A DNA stretch of 44,014 nt from an uncultured Nitrospiraceae bacterium (lineage in GTDB: Bacteria > Nitrospirota > Thermodesulfovibrionia > Thermodesulfovibrionales > Dissulfurispiraceae), in NCBI GenBank assembly GCA_947085205.1, contig CAMTVO010000011.1, positions 1-44,014 of the forward strand, written 5' to 3'. The notes below the pieces were generated by a model. That model was not told where the DNA came from and did not search any database. It saw nothing but the letters and a program-made list of their open reading frames with translations. Position 1 is the stretch's first letter; every line of letters begins with the position of its first letter. This document shows, piece by piece, positions 11,858-20,725 of the stretch. The translations under genes were made by a program, and so were the position numbers.

Positions 11858-12591
11858 TATAGCCTGAACTCCTCTCCTAAATACGCCTCTTTCACAGCAG
11901 AATTGTTCACCAGTTCATCCGGCGAGCCTTCTGCCAACACCTGACCGTTGCTTATTATATATGCCCTGTCCGTTATTGAAAGTGTTTCCCTGACGTTGTG
12001 GTCCGTTATCAAAATTCCAATTCCCTTTGACTTCAGATAAGTCAGCATCTTCTTCAACTCAATTATTGCAATGGGGTCTATGCCGGCAAAAGGCTCGTCA
12101 AACAGCATGAACATAGGATTCAATGCAATGGACCTCGCAATCTCGGCGCGCCTTCTCTCTCCGCCTGACAATCTGTATCCATCCCTATCCGCGAAACCGG
12201 TCAGATTAAATTCTTCAAGGAGTCTGTCCACCTCTTCATGTATTCCGTTCTTTCTGCTTGACATTCCTCCTTTTATCTCAAGAACGGCCTTAAGGTTTTC
12301 CCTCACTGTCAGCTTCCTGAATATGGACGGCTCCTGAGGCAGATAACCTATTCCTTTCTTTGCCCTACGATACATGGGCAGCTTCCTTATATCCTCTCCG
12401 TCAAGCATAATATCGCCCTGCTTAGGCGTTATTATCCCGACAATCATATAGAAGGTCGTGGTCTTCCCTGCCCCGTTGGGACCGAGAAGTCCGACTATCT
12501 CCCCTGTCCTGACAGAGATGTTCACATCCCTAACTACGTATCTCTTGCCGTATGCTTTGGATAAATTTCTTATTTCAAGGGCATGAGCCAT
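11857..12591 (-). CDS. lptB: LPS export ABC ATPase
   Basis: GPNGAGKTT, LSGGERRR, DEPFAGIDP, ITDHNVRETL. Confidence 0.97.
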   Translation of the reverse strand: MAHALEIRNLSKAYGKRYVVRDVNISVRTGEIVGLLGPNGAGKTTTFYMIVGIITPKQGDIMLDGEDIRKLPMYRRAKKGIGYLPQEPSIFRKLTVRENLKAVLEIKGGMSSRKNGIHEEVDRLLEEFNLTGFADRDGYRLSGGERRRAEIARSIALNPMFMLFDEPFAGIDPIAIIELKKMLTYLKSKGIGILITDHNVRETLSITDRAYIISNGQVLAEGSPDELVNNSAVKEAYLGEEFRL

Positions 12592-12602
12592 ATTTATTTA
12601 CT

Positions 12603-12667
12603 TGGAGTGATGGAGTGCTGGAGTAATGGAATTTAGGTGCTCAATACCCCAACACTCCAATACTCCA
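12603..12667. repeat. Inverted pair of octamer arrays in the lptA-lptB spacer
   Basis: TGGAGTGA TGGAGTGC TGGAGTAA TGGA ... CAATACCC CAACACTC CAATACTC CA. Confidence 0.85.
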
Positions 12668-12676
12668 TATTTTTAA

Positions 12677-13222
12677 CTATTTTCCGCCCTTCTTCTCTAT
12701 TAAAAAGACCTTGCTGTTTTCGACTATCGAGCGGTCGTCCTTCATAAAATATATCATCTTTGTGCCTGTGACGACATTTTCACCCTCGGATGCCCTCGGC
12801 TCCCCTGTAAATATAATCCTCTCCTCAGGCTCTGCGAAATAAGTGGCGAATTTGGAGGTTACAACTCTATCCCCTTTTATAAGCTTGACATTCCCTTCTG
12901 CATCTATCTTTTTGATATTACTGCTACCCTTCTCTTCCGAATAATACACCAGCATCTTGTCTGCAAATAGAGTCATCTCGCCTTTTTTTGCCACAACAGA
13001 CTTTTCAAACAGGGCTGTCTTTGCCTTATTGTCCGCAGTCAAAATCTCTGAAGTAATAATGGTGGGCTCTTTTGCAGCCTTCTTCTCCTGAGCGAATACG
13101 TCAGGCACGAGGCAAGAGGCTATAGGCAAGAGGCAAAAAACAAGTATTGCTATAAAAATATACAATTCGCCTTTTCTCATCGCCCATCGCCTATCGCCCA
13201 TCGCCTTCTTATTATTTTCCAT
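12677..13222 (-). CDS. lptA: LPS transport periplasmic protein LptA (OstA family)
   Basis: Beta-jellyroll pattern (AEGNVKL, FTGEP); lies between lptC and lptB. Confidence 0.85.
   Translation of the reverse strand: MENNKKAMGDRRWAMRKGELYIFIAILVFCLLPIASCLVPDVFAQEKKAAKEPTIITSEILTADNKAKTALFEKSVVAKKGEMTLFADKMLVYYSEEKGSSNIKKIDAEGNVKLIKGDRVVTSKFATYFAEPEERIIFTGEPRASEGENVVTGTKMIYFMKDDRSIVENSKVFLIEKKGGK
13103..13205. repeat. Two heptamer arrays with complementary cores in the lptA signal-peptide region
   Basis: AGGCACG AGGCAAG AGGCTAT AGGCAAG AGGCAAA (13103-13137) and CATCGCC CATCGCC TATCGCC CATCGCC (13178-13205). Confidence 0.9.
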
Positions 13223-13718
13223 AAAATACCGCCTTGACGTTTTTATTCAGTGTTGCTTTATCGGCAGTTGCCGTAAGAGTATCTCCCTCGGCGAAAAATT
13301 TCTTGCCCATAATCTGGACCTTTTCATCCGAAAGGATTTCATTCTTTGACGAATCCCAGAATAATGTATTCGCCACAATATCGTAATCCTTTGTAGATGC
13401 ATTTATATTGCCGTCTATCTTCAGATTCCTTTTTTCGATGTCATACATTCCCCCGCTGGATGTTAGAGTAAGTTCTTTTTCAGGGAATATTATCTTTAAT
13501 TTATCAAGCTTCACATCATTGCCGGTCAAAAACACAGCCTTTTCAGCGTTCAGTATCCACTTGACCAGCCCCTCTTTTCTCTGAGTAATGCTCACACCCT
13601 CCATATAAGAGTTGTCATCGAGACGCAATTTAACCTTTGCATCCTTTTCCTGATTTAGATGGACTATCAATACGGTCAATAAGAACAGAGAGGATATTAT
13701 AAACATCAATTTCTTCAT
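13212..13718 (-). CDS. lptC: LPS export periplasmic protein LptC
   Basis: Start MKKLM; N-terminal TM anchor, WILNAEKA, beta-rich; synteny. Confidence 0.8.
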   Translation of the reverse strand: MKKLMFIISSLFLLTVLIVHLNQEKDAKVKLRLDDNSYMEGVSITQRKEGLVKWILNAEKAVFLTGNDVKLDKLKIIFPEKELTLTSSGGMYDIEKRNLKIDGNINASTKDYDIVANTLFWDSSKNEILSDEKVQIMGKKFFAEGDTLTATADKATLNKNVKAVFYGK

Positions 13719-13752
13719 ACTAAATGTTACCACAGCAGAAAGGTCTTGTAAA

Positions 13753-13769
13753 GGCAAATAACATGCCAA
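13753..13769 (-). promoter_or_regulatory. Sigma54 -24/-12 motif upstream of lptCAB-rpoN
   Basis: TTGGCATGTTATTTGCC = GG-N10-GC consensus. Confidence 0.65.
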
Positions 13770-13783
13770 CTAAAAAAATGTCA

Positions 13784-13840
13784 AGCGTAGAGCGTGGACA
13801 CGACGCACGACCATGACGCCTGACTCACGACGCTTGACGC
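13784..13840. repeat. Heptamer arrays overlapping the aroE stop
   Basis: AGCGTAG AGCGTGG, then ACACGAC GCACGAC CATGAC GCCTGAC TCACGAC GCTTGAC GC. Confidence 0.8.
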
Positions 13841-14670
13841 TCTGCACTTAACGCTTTACGCATTACATCAGCCGGCGGCATAATCCCCGTCCATATCTCG
13901 AATGCAAAAACGCCCTGCCAAAGGAGCATCCCGAGGCCGTCCATAGTCTTGCAGCCTATTTTGGATGCCTCTCTCAGAAGCGGGGTCTCTTTGTATATGA
14001 GGTCGCAGACTATGTGATTCTTATTAAGAAGCGATATATCAACAGGCATCGGGTCATCCGGCTTCAATCCGAGAGGGGTCGCATTAATAACAATATCCAC
14101 CCCTGAAAAAAAATCAGAACTCTTTAGGGAATCGTTGTTTATTAAACTCGTGTTATTCTTAATACTGTTCAGATGCATTCTCAATGCCTCTGCCTTGTTT
14201 GCATCAACATCATAGAGATATACATTCGATGCCTCTTTGCAGAGGTAATAGCCTATGGCACGGGAAGCGCCTCCGGCACCGGCTATCAGAATCTTTTTAT
14301 CTTTCGCATTTATTCCGGCATCTGAAAGGGATTGCATAAAGCCCCTGCCGTCAGTGTTATAGCCTATCAGCTTCCCGTCATCGTTTTTTATTGTATTGAC
14401 GGCTCCGATGAAAGACGCCTCCTCGCTCACCTCATCCAAAAAGGGAATAACATTTTCCTTATGAGGAACAGTGACATTTACTCCGCTTAAATTCAATGCC
14501 CTGATGGCCTTTACCGCATCTCCCAGCAAATCCGGCCTAACAGAAAAGGTTACATAGCAATAATCCAGATTCAGATATTCAAAGGCGGCATTGTGCATTG
14601 CCGGCGACAGACTGTGCTCAACAGGACAGCCGAAAAGCCCTGTCACCTTTGTTTTTCCGCTTATATTCAT
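13825..14670 (-). CDS. aroE: Shikimate dehydrogenase
   Basis: HSLSPAMHN, NVTVPHK, GAVNT, NTDG, GAGGA. Confidence 0.97.
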   Translation of the reverse strand: MNISGKTKVTGLFGCPVEHSLSPAMHNAAFEYLNLDYCYVTFSVRPDLLGDAVKAIRALNLSGVNVTVPHKENVIPFLDEVSEEASFIGAVNTIKNDDGKLIGYNTDGRGFMQSLSDAGINAKDKKILIAGAGGASRAIGYYLCKEASNVYLYDVDANKAEALRMHLNSIKNNTSLINNDSLKSSDFFSGVDIVINATPLGLKPDDPMPVDISLLNKNHIVCDLIYKETPLLREASKIGCKTMDGLGMLLWQGVFAFEIWTGIMPPADVMRKALSAERQAS

Positions 14671-14681
14671 AAGACCTCCAA

Positions 14682-14742
14682 TGTAGGGGCAATCCTGTGT
14701 GATTGCCCATCATCAGGGCAGACACATAGGTCTGCCACTACA
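14682..14742. repeat. GTAG-type REP doublet (REPIN-like)
   Basis: GTAG-GGGCAATC-CTGTGT-GATTGCCC, 7-nt spacer, inverted copy GGGCAGAC-ACATAG-GTCTGCCA-CTAC. Confidence 0.85.
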
Positions 14743-16063
14743 ATTTCGAAATCGCATCCACAAGCCCCTTGGGCGTTGATTCAATAACCACAGCCTTTAT
14801 TCCAAGAACATCCTCAACATCCTGCCTCGATACATCATCGAGGAAGACCTCATCTCCCTCCCTCATAACAACATCGGGTATAAGCAGAATGTCGTCTTTC
14901 TTAACAATACCGGAGAGTGATTTAATTACATCCCTTCCTGTAAGAAGTCCGGTCACTGTTACGCTCTTACCGAAGAATGCATTTTCGACAGGTATAGCTT
15001 CTATGCCGATGCCTTCCTTTATTAGCTTATTGACAAACTTCGTGAGATAAGGGTAAAAAGAGACACCTGTAAATGTAACGAACATCTTCTTCTTTTTCGG
15101 CGAGAGAGAAGTTTTCGTTTTTTTTGCCTGATGTAGAAAAAGCGGCACCATACCGACACCGTTTTCTATCTGCGGGAGTTCTTCGTACTGTTCTAAAGGA
15201 GGAAACGGCATTTCAGCCTTTATGTAAAGCTCGTCTGCCGCATAGACAATATTATCTCCATGTTTTCTTTTAAATCTTGACTGGAGTTTATGGACTGTCT
15301 CAAAAGCCTTTAATGCATCCTCTCTTTCCACAGGTCTTATTGCCTTCTTCCTGTGCAGGGTAAGTCCGACAGGGACTACAGCGATGGATGCTACATACGG
15401 ATAATATTTATAAAGGTCTGTTATGGTCTTTTCAAGATTCTTTCCGTCGTTATAGCCGGGACACAGGACTATCTGTGTATGCATCTTTATTTTATTTGAG
15501 GCGAGAAACTTTATCTCCTTCAGTATGTCGGAAGCATTGGGATTCCCGATAAGTTTATTCCTGACTTCGGTATTTGTGGAATGGACAGAGATATAAAGGG
15601 GGCTGAGCCTTTGCTTCACAATCCTTTTTTTATCGGCATCCGAGAGATTTGTCATCGTAATGTAATTGCCGTACAGAAAGGACATCCTGTAATCTTCATC
15701 TTTTACATAAAGTGGCCTTCTGAGCCCTCTTGGAAGCTGTGATACAAAACAGAATATGCAGTTGTTTCTGCATGTCTTAATCTTAAAGGACTTAAGAACA
15801 ATGCCGATATCAGAGTCCGAAGACTTCGGCGAGCTCAGTCGAGCCGTTCGGAGTTCGGAGTTCAAAGTAAAGGTTAGTTTCTTATTGTCCCTTTTAATAA
15901 GAAGTTCTGACAGTGGTTCATCGCCGTAAAACATCAGGTCTATATTATCCCTGACTTCATGGCCGTTGATGGCGACAAGCCTGTCTCCTGCATGCAGGTC
16001 TGCCTTTTCGGCAATACTACCCCTCCGTACCTCCTCTATCTCTACGCCGCTGCTATTTTTCAC
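14738..16063 (-). CDS. PDZ + radical SAM / DUF512 family protein
   Basis: N-terminal PDZ-like segment, CRNNCIFC, KDEDYRMSFLYGNY, QIENGVG. Confidence 0.88.
   Translation of the reverse strand: MKNSSGVEIEEVRRGSIAEKADLHAGDRLVAINGHEVRDNIDLMFYGDEPLSELLIKRDNKKLTFTLNSELRTARLSSPKSSDSDIGIVLKSFKIKTCRNNCIFCFVSQLPRGLRRPLYVKDEDYRMSFLYGNYITMTNLSDADKKRIVKQRLSPLYISVHSTNTEVRNKLIGNPNASDILKEIKFLASNKIKMHTQIVLCPGYNDGKNLEKTITDLYKYYPYVASIAVVPVGLTLHRKKAIRPVEREDALKAFETVHKLQSRFKRKHGDNIVYAADELYIKAEMPFPPLEQYEELPQIENGVGMVPLFLHQAKKTKTSLSPKKKKMFVTFTGVSFYPYLTKFVNKLIKEGIGIEAIPVENAFFGKSVTVTGLLTGRDVIKSLSGIVKKDDILLIPDVVMREGDEVFLDDVSRQDVEDVLGIKAVVIESTPKGLVDAISKL
15808..15866. repeat. Heptamer array interrupted by a 24-nt element, in frame
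   Basis: GTCCGAA [GACTTCGGCGAGCTCAGTCGAGCC] GTTCGGA GTTCGGA GTTCAAA. Confidence 0.8.
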
Positions 16064-16592
16064 TTGCTTGTTTCAATCCCCTGTAAATATATTGCAATCC
16101 TGAAACTGCGGTTAATGTTGCGACTGTCCAGAGCATCCAGCCGTATGGCGGCGGGACATTCAAATTAATAGACAAAAGTGTATAAGCTATAAGTATAAGC
16201 TGCGATGCGATGGCTGCCTTGCCGGTTAAAGAAGGCTCTATTTTTGTTGTATGGGATGTGAGATGCAATGAAATCCATCCAAGCACCACAATCACATCCC
16301 GGCTTATGACTGTTATTGTCAACCACAGCGGTATCCAGTCATAAACAGAAAAAAGGATAAATGCTGTTACAAGAAGAGACTTATCAGCAAGGGGATCGAG
16401 GAATGCACCCAGCTTTGTCTTCTGTTTTGTAACCCTCGCCAGAAGCCCGTCGAGCATGTCGGATACGGCTGCGAACACGAACAAATACAATGCATAATCA
16501 TACCTTTTGTAAATCAAGGCAGTTACAAAAACAGGAATTATGATTATCCTGACAAATGTGATGAAATTGGGAATATTTAAAACATTATTCAT
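16053..16592 (-). CDS. CDP-alcohol phosphatidyltransferase (PgsA-like)
   Basis: NIPNFIT, DMLDGLLAR...GAFLDPLADK signature. Confidence 0.92.
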   Translation of the reverse strand: MNNVLNIPNFITFVRIIIIPVFVTALIYKRYDYALYLFVFAAVSDMLDGLLARVTKQKTKLGAFLDPLADKSLLVTAFILFSVYDWIPLWLTITVISRDVIVVLGWISLHLTSHTTKIEPSLTGKAAIASQLILIAYTLLSINLNVPPPYGWMLWTVATLTAVSGLQYIYRGLKQASEK

Positions 16593-16598
16593 ATTTTG

Positions 16599-17708
16599 TT
16601 AGGGCATATTAAAGGGGATGCCCGAAAAATCCAAGTTTACCCCTATTTTTTTATAGCAGGAAATAAATTTAACAGTTTGACCCTTTACCCTTGACCCCTG
16701 CCCCTTAATGTAGTTGAGAAGCGCCTCTGAATGGCATTTCTCAAGCTTGAAATTATGCTTTACAGCAATGTTCATCGCAGAAAGAAATCTATCTTCAGCA
16801 ATACGTTTATTACCCTCGATAAAATCTATCTCTCCAAGAGATAGGTCGCAATATATTATTCCTCTCGGGTCTTTTGTGTTTTTAAAATTTTTTAGGGCCT
16901 TCTTAATACAAAGTCTCGCGTTATCGAAATCCATCTCCATTTTATGCACAGTCGCAAGACTCCACAGCGTATAAGAATAGCTGACTATATCCCCTATATC
17001 CTCATAAAGGGCAGTCGCCTTTTCAAAGTGTTTTAAGGCATCGCTGTAATTACCAAGCATCCTGAAGGCATTACCTATGCCGCAGTGCGAATAGGCAGCA
17101 CCGAATTTATCTTTTAGCATTTTAAAAGTTTCATTTGCCTGCTTATAGTAATTTAGCGACTCTTTGAACCTGCCGGAGATTCTGTGTGTTCCTCCAAGAC
17201 CGCACAACGCATAAGCAATGCCTGACTTATCTTTTACTCTGGCAAAGATGTCTTTTGATTCCTTAAACTTCTTAATAGCCTTCGGAATGTCGCCTGCAAC
17301 CCTTAAAGCGCCTGCCTCTGCCCATAAAGAAAAGGCGACTCCTCTTGTATCTTTTTCCTTTTCATAGATGCCTCTTGCGCTGGATACGAACCTTATGGCC
17401 TCCTTCCACATGCCCATCGCCCTTAAGGACAATCCCATTCCCACCATACAGTCGGCAGCAGTAAGCTTATTTCCCAAAGCCTCGCATGCCTCAAGCGACT
17501 CTTCGTAATTTTTTACCGCATCATCGAATTTTCCTGTCATCCTGTAAATATCGGCCATAGCAATTGTAGAATCGAGGATGCCGTCGAGGACACCGTGCTT
17601 TTTGCTGATGGAAAGCGCTTTTTTAAAGACTTTCAGGGAATCGATATATTTTGATTTTTCCCTTAATTTCTCTGCCTCTTTAATTAATCCGTATATCCTG
17701 TCTTCCAT
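16599..17708 (-). CDS. TPR-repeat protein
   Basis: Repeated ~40-aa helical units (D..G.AY...GLG). Confidence 0.85.
   Translation of the reverse strand: MEDRIYGLIKEAEKLREKSKYIDSLKVFKKALSISKKHGVLDGILDSTIAMADIYRMTGKFDDAVKNYEESLEACEALGNKLTAADCMVGMGLSLRAMGMWKEAIRFVSSARGIYEKEKDTRGVAFSLWAEAGALRVAGDIPKAIKKFKESKDIFARVKDKSGIAYALCGLGGTHRISGRFKESLNYYKQANETFKMLKDKFGAAYSHCGIGNAFRMLGNYSDALKHFEKATALYEDIGDIVSYSYTLWSLATVHKMEMDFDNARLCIKKALKNFKNTKDPRGIIYCDLSLGEIDFIEGNKRIAEDRFLSAMNIAVKHNFKLEKCHSEALLNYIKGQGSRVKGQTVKFISCYKKIGVNLDFSGIPFNMP
16677..16706. repeat. Heptamer array in frame in the TPR protein C-terminus
   Basis: TTGACCC TTTACCC TTGACCC CTGCCCC; encodes KGQGSRVKGQ. Confidence 0.8.
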
Positions 17709-17712
17709 TATC

Positions 17713-18366
17713 TCACTCTAACAAGCCTCTCAGCCTTTTCATCAAAACGCCATAATCCTCTGAATTAAAGAATGCAGAGCCTATGACAAGAATATCGGTA
17801 CCAGCAGAAGCAATCTCTTTGGCATTGTCAAGCTTCACTCCGCCGTCAACCTCGATGAGGACATTGAATCCTCTCTCTTTGATAATGTTTTTTAACGCCT
17901 TTATCTTATCCAAGACGCATGGTATGAACTCCTGCCCTCCGAATCCAGGATTTACCGACATCAGGAGCACCATGTCGAGGTCAGGCAGTATGTGGTCGAG
18001 GCTCCATACAGGCGTCGCCGGATTTAAAGAAACTCCAGCCTTTACCCCGCTCTCCTTTATCCACTGGATTGTCCTGTGGAGATGCACAGAGGCCTCCACA
18101 TGGACAGTGATATAATCCGCGCCGGCTTTGATAAAGTCCCTTAGAAATCTATCCGGCTCCTCTATCATCAGATGCACATCGAGGGGCAGCGCGGTTATTC
18201 TTCTTATCTCATCAACAATTGCAGGGCCTATGGTAATATTCGGGACAAAATGTCCGTCCATTATATCCAGATGCAGCAAATCCGCGCCTGCAGCCTCCAC
18301 AGCCTTTATCTCTTCCCCGAGCCTCATAAAATCAGCCGACAATATTGATGGGGCAATCTTTACCAT
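17713..18366 (-). CDS. rpe: Ribulose-phosphate 3-epimerase
   Basis: APSILSADF, HLDIMDGHFVPN, MSVNPGFGGQ, VDGG. Confidence 0.98.
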   Translation of the reverse strand: MVKIAPSILSADFMRLGEEIKAVEAAGADLLHLDIMDGHFVPNITIGPAIVDEIRRITALPLDVHLMIEEPDRFLRDFIKAGADYITVHVEASVHLHRTIQWIKESGVKAGVSLNPATPVWSLDHILPDLDMVLLMSVNPGFGGQEFIPCVLDKIKALKNIIKERGFNVLIEVDGGVKLDNAKEIASAGTDILVIGSAFFNSEDYGVLMKRLRGLLE

Positions 18367-18374
18367 GAATCCTC

Positions 18375-18884
18375 CTAATTCTCAAAATCTCCAAGACTTA
18401 CAAGCACGCTGAAGCTTTCCCCGCCTTTTTCGTTGGTCTCCGGCCGCTGAGCAAGTATTGTATTCTTCGCTGTTTTTTCAGAATGCACATAAATGATTTT
18501 TCCTATCCTTATCCCCTTTTCCTTCAGTATTGCCTCTGCTGTCTCAAGCGGCTGCCCGACAACATCAGGGACATATCTTACCCTCGGTCCTTTGCTTAAT
18601 ACAATCCTTATCTCCCTTCCTTCCTTCACGCTGCTGTTCGGCGGCATGTCCTGACGTATTATGTATCCCTGAGGAATATAAGAATCGTAGTCCTCGCCTT
18701 CAAGCCTTATATACAAGCCTTTTTTCCTTATAATATCATTGGCGTCAACCATGCCCTTTCCCCTCAAATCAGGGACAGTAACAGTCCTGCTGAAACTGAG
18801 CAGCTTGAAAGTAAAATGGCCAGAAATCATTCCGATAACGAATATGGCGATTATATAAGTCGGTATTTTTATTAATTTATTCAT
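18375..18884 (-). CDS. Membrane-anchored protein with two PASTA domains
   Basis: TM helix; VPDLRG and VPDVVG repeat starts. Confidence 0.9.
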   Translation of the reverse strand: MNKLIKIPTYIIAIFVIGMISGHFTFKLLSFSRTVTVPDLRGKGMVDANDIIRKKGLYIRLEGEDYDSYIPQGYIIRQDMPPNSSVKEGREIRIVLSKGPRVRYVPDVVGQPLETAEAILKEKGIRIGKIIYVHSEKTAKNTILAQRPETNEKGGESFSVLVSLGDFEN

Positions 18885-20196
18885 TCTTTTTAAGCCTTAC
18901 AGTGAAAAAGCCGTCCATATCATACTTGTGGGGAAATGTCCTGTAAAATAAATGTCCATCTTTATCCAACACTTCGAAAGGCGCCAGAAAATCATGGTCT
19001 CCTCTTATGATACTAAAATCAGGATTGCCATGTAAAAATTCCTTAATGACCTCTTCCCCCTCTTCAGGCTCTGTAGAGCATACAGAATATACCATAATAC
19101 CACCTGTCTTAAGAAGTCGTAATACAGATCCAAGCATAGTTGTCTGGTTTTCTTTAAACCTGCGGAGGTCTTTTTCGCTGTGCCTGTATTTTACATCAAG
19201 GTTCCTCCTTATGACACCAATTGAGGAACAAGGCGCATCAAGGAGTATTTTATCGAATTGACCAATGCCTTCGACTGATCTCACATCACCATGAATAATT
19301 TTGACAGATTTAATGCCAAGTCTCGAGACATTTTCTTCCAATTGTCTTATCCTTTTCTCTTCTGATTCTGCTGCTATTATCTCTCCTCTGTCCTTCATAA
19401 GTTGTGCTATGTGCGTGGTCTTTCCTCCCGGCGCAGCACAGGCATCCAGTATTCTCTCTCCAGCAACTGGATTCAGGAGATATGCCACAAGCTGTGCAGC
19501 CTCGTCCTGAACAAATAAGTTATGAGTTAAGAGTTCGGACTCTAAAGCCGCAGGAAATTCTTTTAGAACAATCCCGACAGATGAAAACTTAGCCGGATGC
19601 GCTTCTATTCCTTTTTCAGTAAATCTCTTTAATATTTCTTCTCTCTTTTCTTCATCCTCTGCCCTAAGGACAACAGGCGGTATCCTGTTATTTGCCTCCG
19701 CAAGTTCTAATGCCTCTTCATATCCAAATCTCTTTATCCATCTCTTTACAAGCCATCGAGGATGGGATGTCGTGATTGAGACATAATCGACAGGGTCTTT
19801 TATCTGGAGTGATGGAGTAATGGAGTAATGGAGTCTTAGAAAATTTCTCAATACGGCGTTCACTAAGGCTCTTTTCCCTTTACTGAACCTTTCGAGATTT
19901 ACCGCCTCATCCACAACCGCCCACTCAGGCACACGCATATATTTAAGCTGATAAACAGCAGCCCTGAGATTATTTAATGTATTCTGCGAAAGGCCCGAAG
20001 GTTTTTTTAAAAAATCCTTGAGCATCCAATCAAGATAATCCCTGTATCTCAAAACTCCATAAACAATCTCCATAAGAAACGCCCTGTCTCTTTTGTCCAG
20101 ATCGCCCGACAATTCATCGAGCGCTTCCTTTGGCTTTATGCCTTTGTTGAAGATTCTATCGAGGACTGTTACTGCAATATGGCGGGTAGAGGGCAT
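18877..20196 (-). CDS. rsmB: 16S rRNA m5C967 methyltransferase
   Basis: NusB-like N-domain, SHPRW, QDE, DACAAPGGKT, DAPCS, YSVCS. Confidence 0.95.
   Translation of the reverse strand: MPSTRHIAVTVLDRIFNKGIKPKEALDELSGDLDKRDRAFLMEIVYGVLRYRDYLDWMLKDFLKKPSGLSQNTLNNLRAAVYQLKYMRVPEWAVVDEAVNLERFSKGKRALVNAVLRNFLRLHYSITPSLQIKDPVDYVSITTSHPRWLVKRWIKRFGYEEALELAEANNRIPPVVLRAEDEEKREEILKRFTEKGIEAHPAKFSSVGIVLKEFPAALESELLTHNLFVQDEAAQLVAYLLNPVAGERILDACAAPGGKTTHIAQLMKDRGEIIAAESEEKRIRQLEENVSRLGIKSVKIIHGDVRSVEGIGQFDKILLDAPCSSIGVIRRNLDVKYRHSEKDLRRFKENQTTMLGSVLRLLKTGGIMVYSVCSTEPEEGEEVIKEFLHGNPDFSIIRGDHDFLAPFEVLDKDGHLFYRTFPHKYDMDGFFTVRLKKNE
19517..19543. repeat. Heptamer array in frame in rsmB
   Basis: AAGTTAT GAGTTAA GAGTTCG GACTCT; encodes ESELLTHN. 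Confidence 0.6.
19805..19835. repeat. Octamer array in frame in the rsmB interdomain linker
   Basis: TGGAGTGA TGGAGTAA TGGAGTAA TGGAGTC; encodes LHYSITPSLQ; same unit as the 12603 array. Confidence 0.85.
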
Positions 20197-20247
20197 AAGG
20201 AAATCTTGTTATATGTGTTTGAGCTTATGATTACGGCAGGTCGTTTT

Positions 20248-20475
20248 TTAACGGCTGCCTAATTGCTTTGTCTTTTCTCCCTTTGGGTTCAAAATATCGC
20301 GATGGAAGAATCCATGCGAACAATCATATCTAACAATAGGATACCATTTATCTTTTATTTTTGCCTCATATTGAATAACCACATCGGTGACCTCACCTTT
20401 TTCAGCGATGATTTTTATCCTTAACCTATCGTCGCCATCCGGACTTATTTCTTTTGTAAATTCTTTGTTGCCCAT
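20248..20475 (-). pseudogene. Small uncharacterised protein (RYDxxHG motif), probably C-terminally truncated
   Basis: QYEAKIKDKWYPIVRYDCSHGFFHRD, then an abrupt end; truncation is inferred. Confidence 0.45.
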
Positions 20476-20640
20476 TAATATAGCTAATTATAACAGATTA
20501 AAACCTCTTTTTTTCATACCAGCGGGCAGGCTTCCCGACTTCCAGCAGCAGATGAAAAATGTGCCTGTAGGATTTATTTCTTCTTAATGCTTAATTTCTC
20601 AATTAAATAGAACCGTCCCCTTTATTCCCTTTCAAAATCG

Positions 20641-20723
20641 CCCTTTCCGTTCTGCTAACAGTTCCCCCTGTCGGGTCTGTAGAGGACTTTCACCGCCGTG
20701 TGTGTGCGCCCTGCCGGGCGCAC
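20641..20723 (-). mobile_element. 5' fragment of a group IIC intron (start of domain I)
   Basis: GTGCGCCCGGCAGGGCGCAC...GGTGAAAGTCC...GTTAGCAGAACGGAAAGGG, directly after a terminator stem-loop. Confidence 0.85.
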
Positions 20724-20725
20724 AC

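Noticed and set aside
20498..20569. Minus-strand peptide YRHIFHLLLEVGKPARWYEKKRF, reminiscent of a RAYT HUH region
   Set aside because: Only 23 aa, no start, and His spacing is not H-x-H; too weak to call
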